From the IMG/VR virus record IMGVR_UViG_3300005573_000182, positions 1 to 37,229 of that record: 37,229 nucleotides of DNA; one strand, written 5' to 3'. Each line of letters begins with the position of its first letter. Within the stretch, counting starts at the first letter, position 1. The stretch comes from a virus (Duplodnaviria > Caudoviricetes). A program made the translations under genes and the position numbers. Shown here in pieces: positions 36,509 to 37,229 of the stretch. The notes below the pieces were generated by a model that saw nothing but the letters and a program-made list of their open reading frames with translations, was not told the DNA's origin and did not search any database.

Positions 36509-37119
36509 ACAGCAATAATTATGGTTGGATAATACCTGACAAACTTAAAAAACCCTGGTATATAGATTTTTTGAATTTAATAAATCAAATTGATAACTCT
36601 TTTTATATTGAAGAACAACAAAGAAAATCTCAAGATGAATATATAAAATCGTTAATTAAGAAATATATTACACCAACTTGTAGTTTTGTTGATTTAATAA
36701 CTTCTTTAACAGCAAATTTTGATAGCACAACTTCTACAGATTGGGTTGTAGCAAGTGATAATGTAAGGTCGGCATATACTACAAAAAGTTTTGGTTTTCC
36801 AATAGACAAGATTAAGAAAATAAAGTTTTATACAGCAATACGTTGTCAACGTTATTCTGGTTCACAAGGTGGACAGGTTATAATAAATTTTAAAAAAGGT
36901 AATGATATAATATTAGGTAGTGGTGTTATGGATTTTAATACAGACGAATACGATGTTAATTGGATATATTGTGATGTAAAATATTTTGATATGGAGTTTG
37001 ATAAAAGTTTGATAGATGAAGAAAGCGAATATATAATAGAACCTTTGTTTAGGTCAAAAGATGGTGGTGATGTAAGAATACAGCTTGACAAAACTTATTT
37101 CTTGGTGGTATTACAATGA
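36505..37119 (+). CDS. Putative virion protein, paralog of junction-spanning gene
   Basis: N-terminus SNNYGWIIP...WYIDFLNLINQID...EEQQR..QD is shared with the 37116 gene. Confidence 0.7.
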   Translation: MNSNNYGWIIPDKLKKPWYIDFLNLINQIDNSFYIEEQQRKSQDEYIKSLIKKYITPTCSFVDLITSLTANFDSTTSTDWVVASDNVRSAYTTKSFGFPIDKIKKIKFYTAIRCQRYSGSQGGQVIINFKKGNDIILGSGVMDFNTDEYDVNWIYCDVKYFDMEFDKSLIDEESEYIIEPLFRSKDGGDVRIQLDKTYFLVVLQ

Positions 37120-37229
37120 CAGATTATAGCAATAATTATAGATGGGAAATACCAAAAAAGTTTAAGATTGACTGGTATAACGATTTTTTAAAACTTATTA
37201 ACCAAATTGATGCTCAATTAAAACAAGAA
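37116..37229 (+). CDS. N-terminal part of junction-spanning gene (continues to 566)
   Basis: ATGA overlap at 37116-37119; the frame is open across the 74-bp overlap. Confidence 0.8.
   Translation, partial: MTDYSNNYRWEIPKKFKIDWYNDFLKLINQIDAQLKQE
37156..37229. repeat. Terminal direct repeat (assembly overlap), copy 2
   Basis: Identical to 1-74. Confidence 0.97.

Overview
Complete, circularly assembled, AT-rich (about 30% GC by eye) tailed bacteriophage genome. The unit length is about 37,155 bp, because bases 1-74 are repeated at 37156-37229. The + strand arm (31895 through the junction to 20845) encodes terminases, two signal-peptide proteins (one a PLD-family enzyme), lysis genes with an M15 endolysin, portal, scaffold, capsid, podovirus-type tail genes, three paralogous HxH tail fibres, ejection-type proteins, a 2512-aa polyvalent protein with ParB-HTH and JAB domains, and a PurD-like ATP-grasp enzyme. 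The - strand arm (31793 to 20809) encodes Zn-finger proteins, a DNA methyltransferase, a lambda-O-like initiator with internal palindromic iterons, an Hjc-type resolvase and a recombination/early module. No integrase, repressor, polymerase, helicase, tRNA or CRISPR array was recognised. The top observation is that the methyltransferase catalytic motif reads GAC CCT CCA TAA CCA TAT. A 6-nt ribosomal hop between matching CCA codons across the stop, set in a small hairpin, would restore DPPY exactly, and it lies beside relics of a second methyltransferase and an HNH nuclease. Also notable: a ~650-bp TTACTTG array with opposing G-rich tracts, duplicated leaderless late promoters, and GATC apparently tolerated only within GGATC. 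All protein calls are motif recognition by eye; no searches were run.
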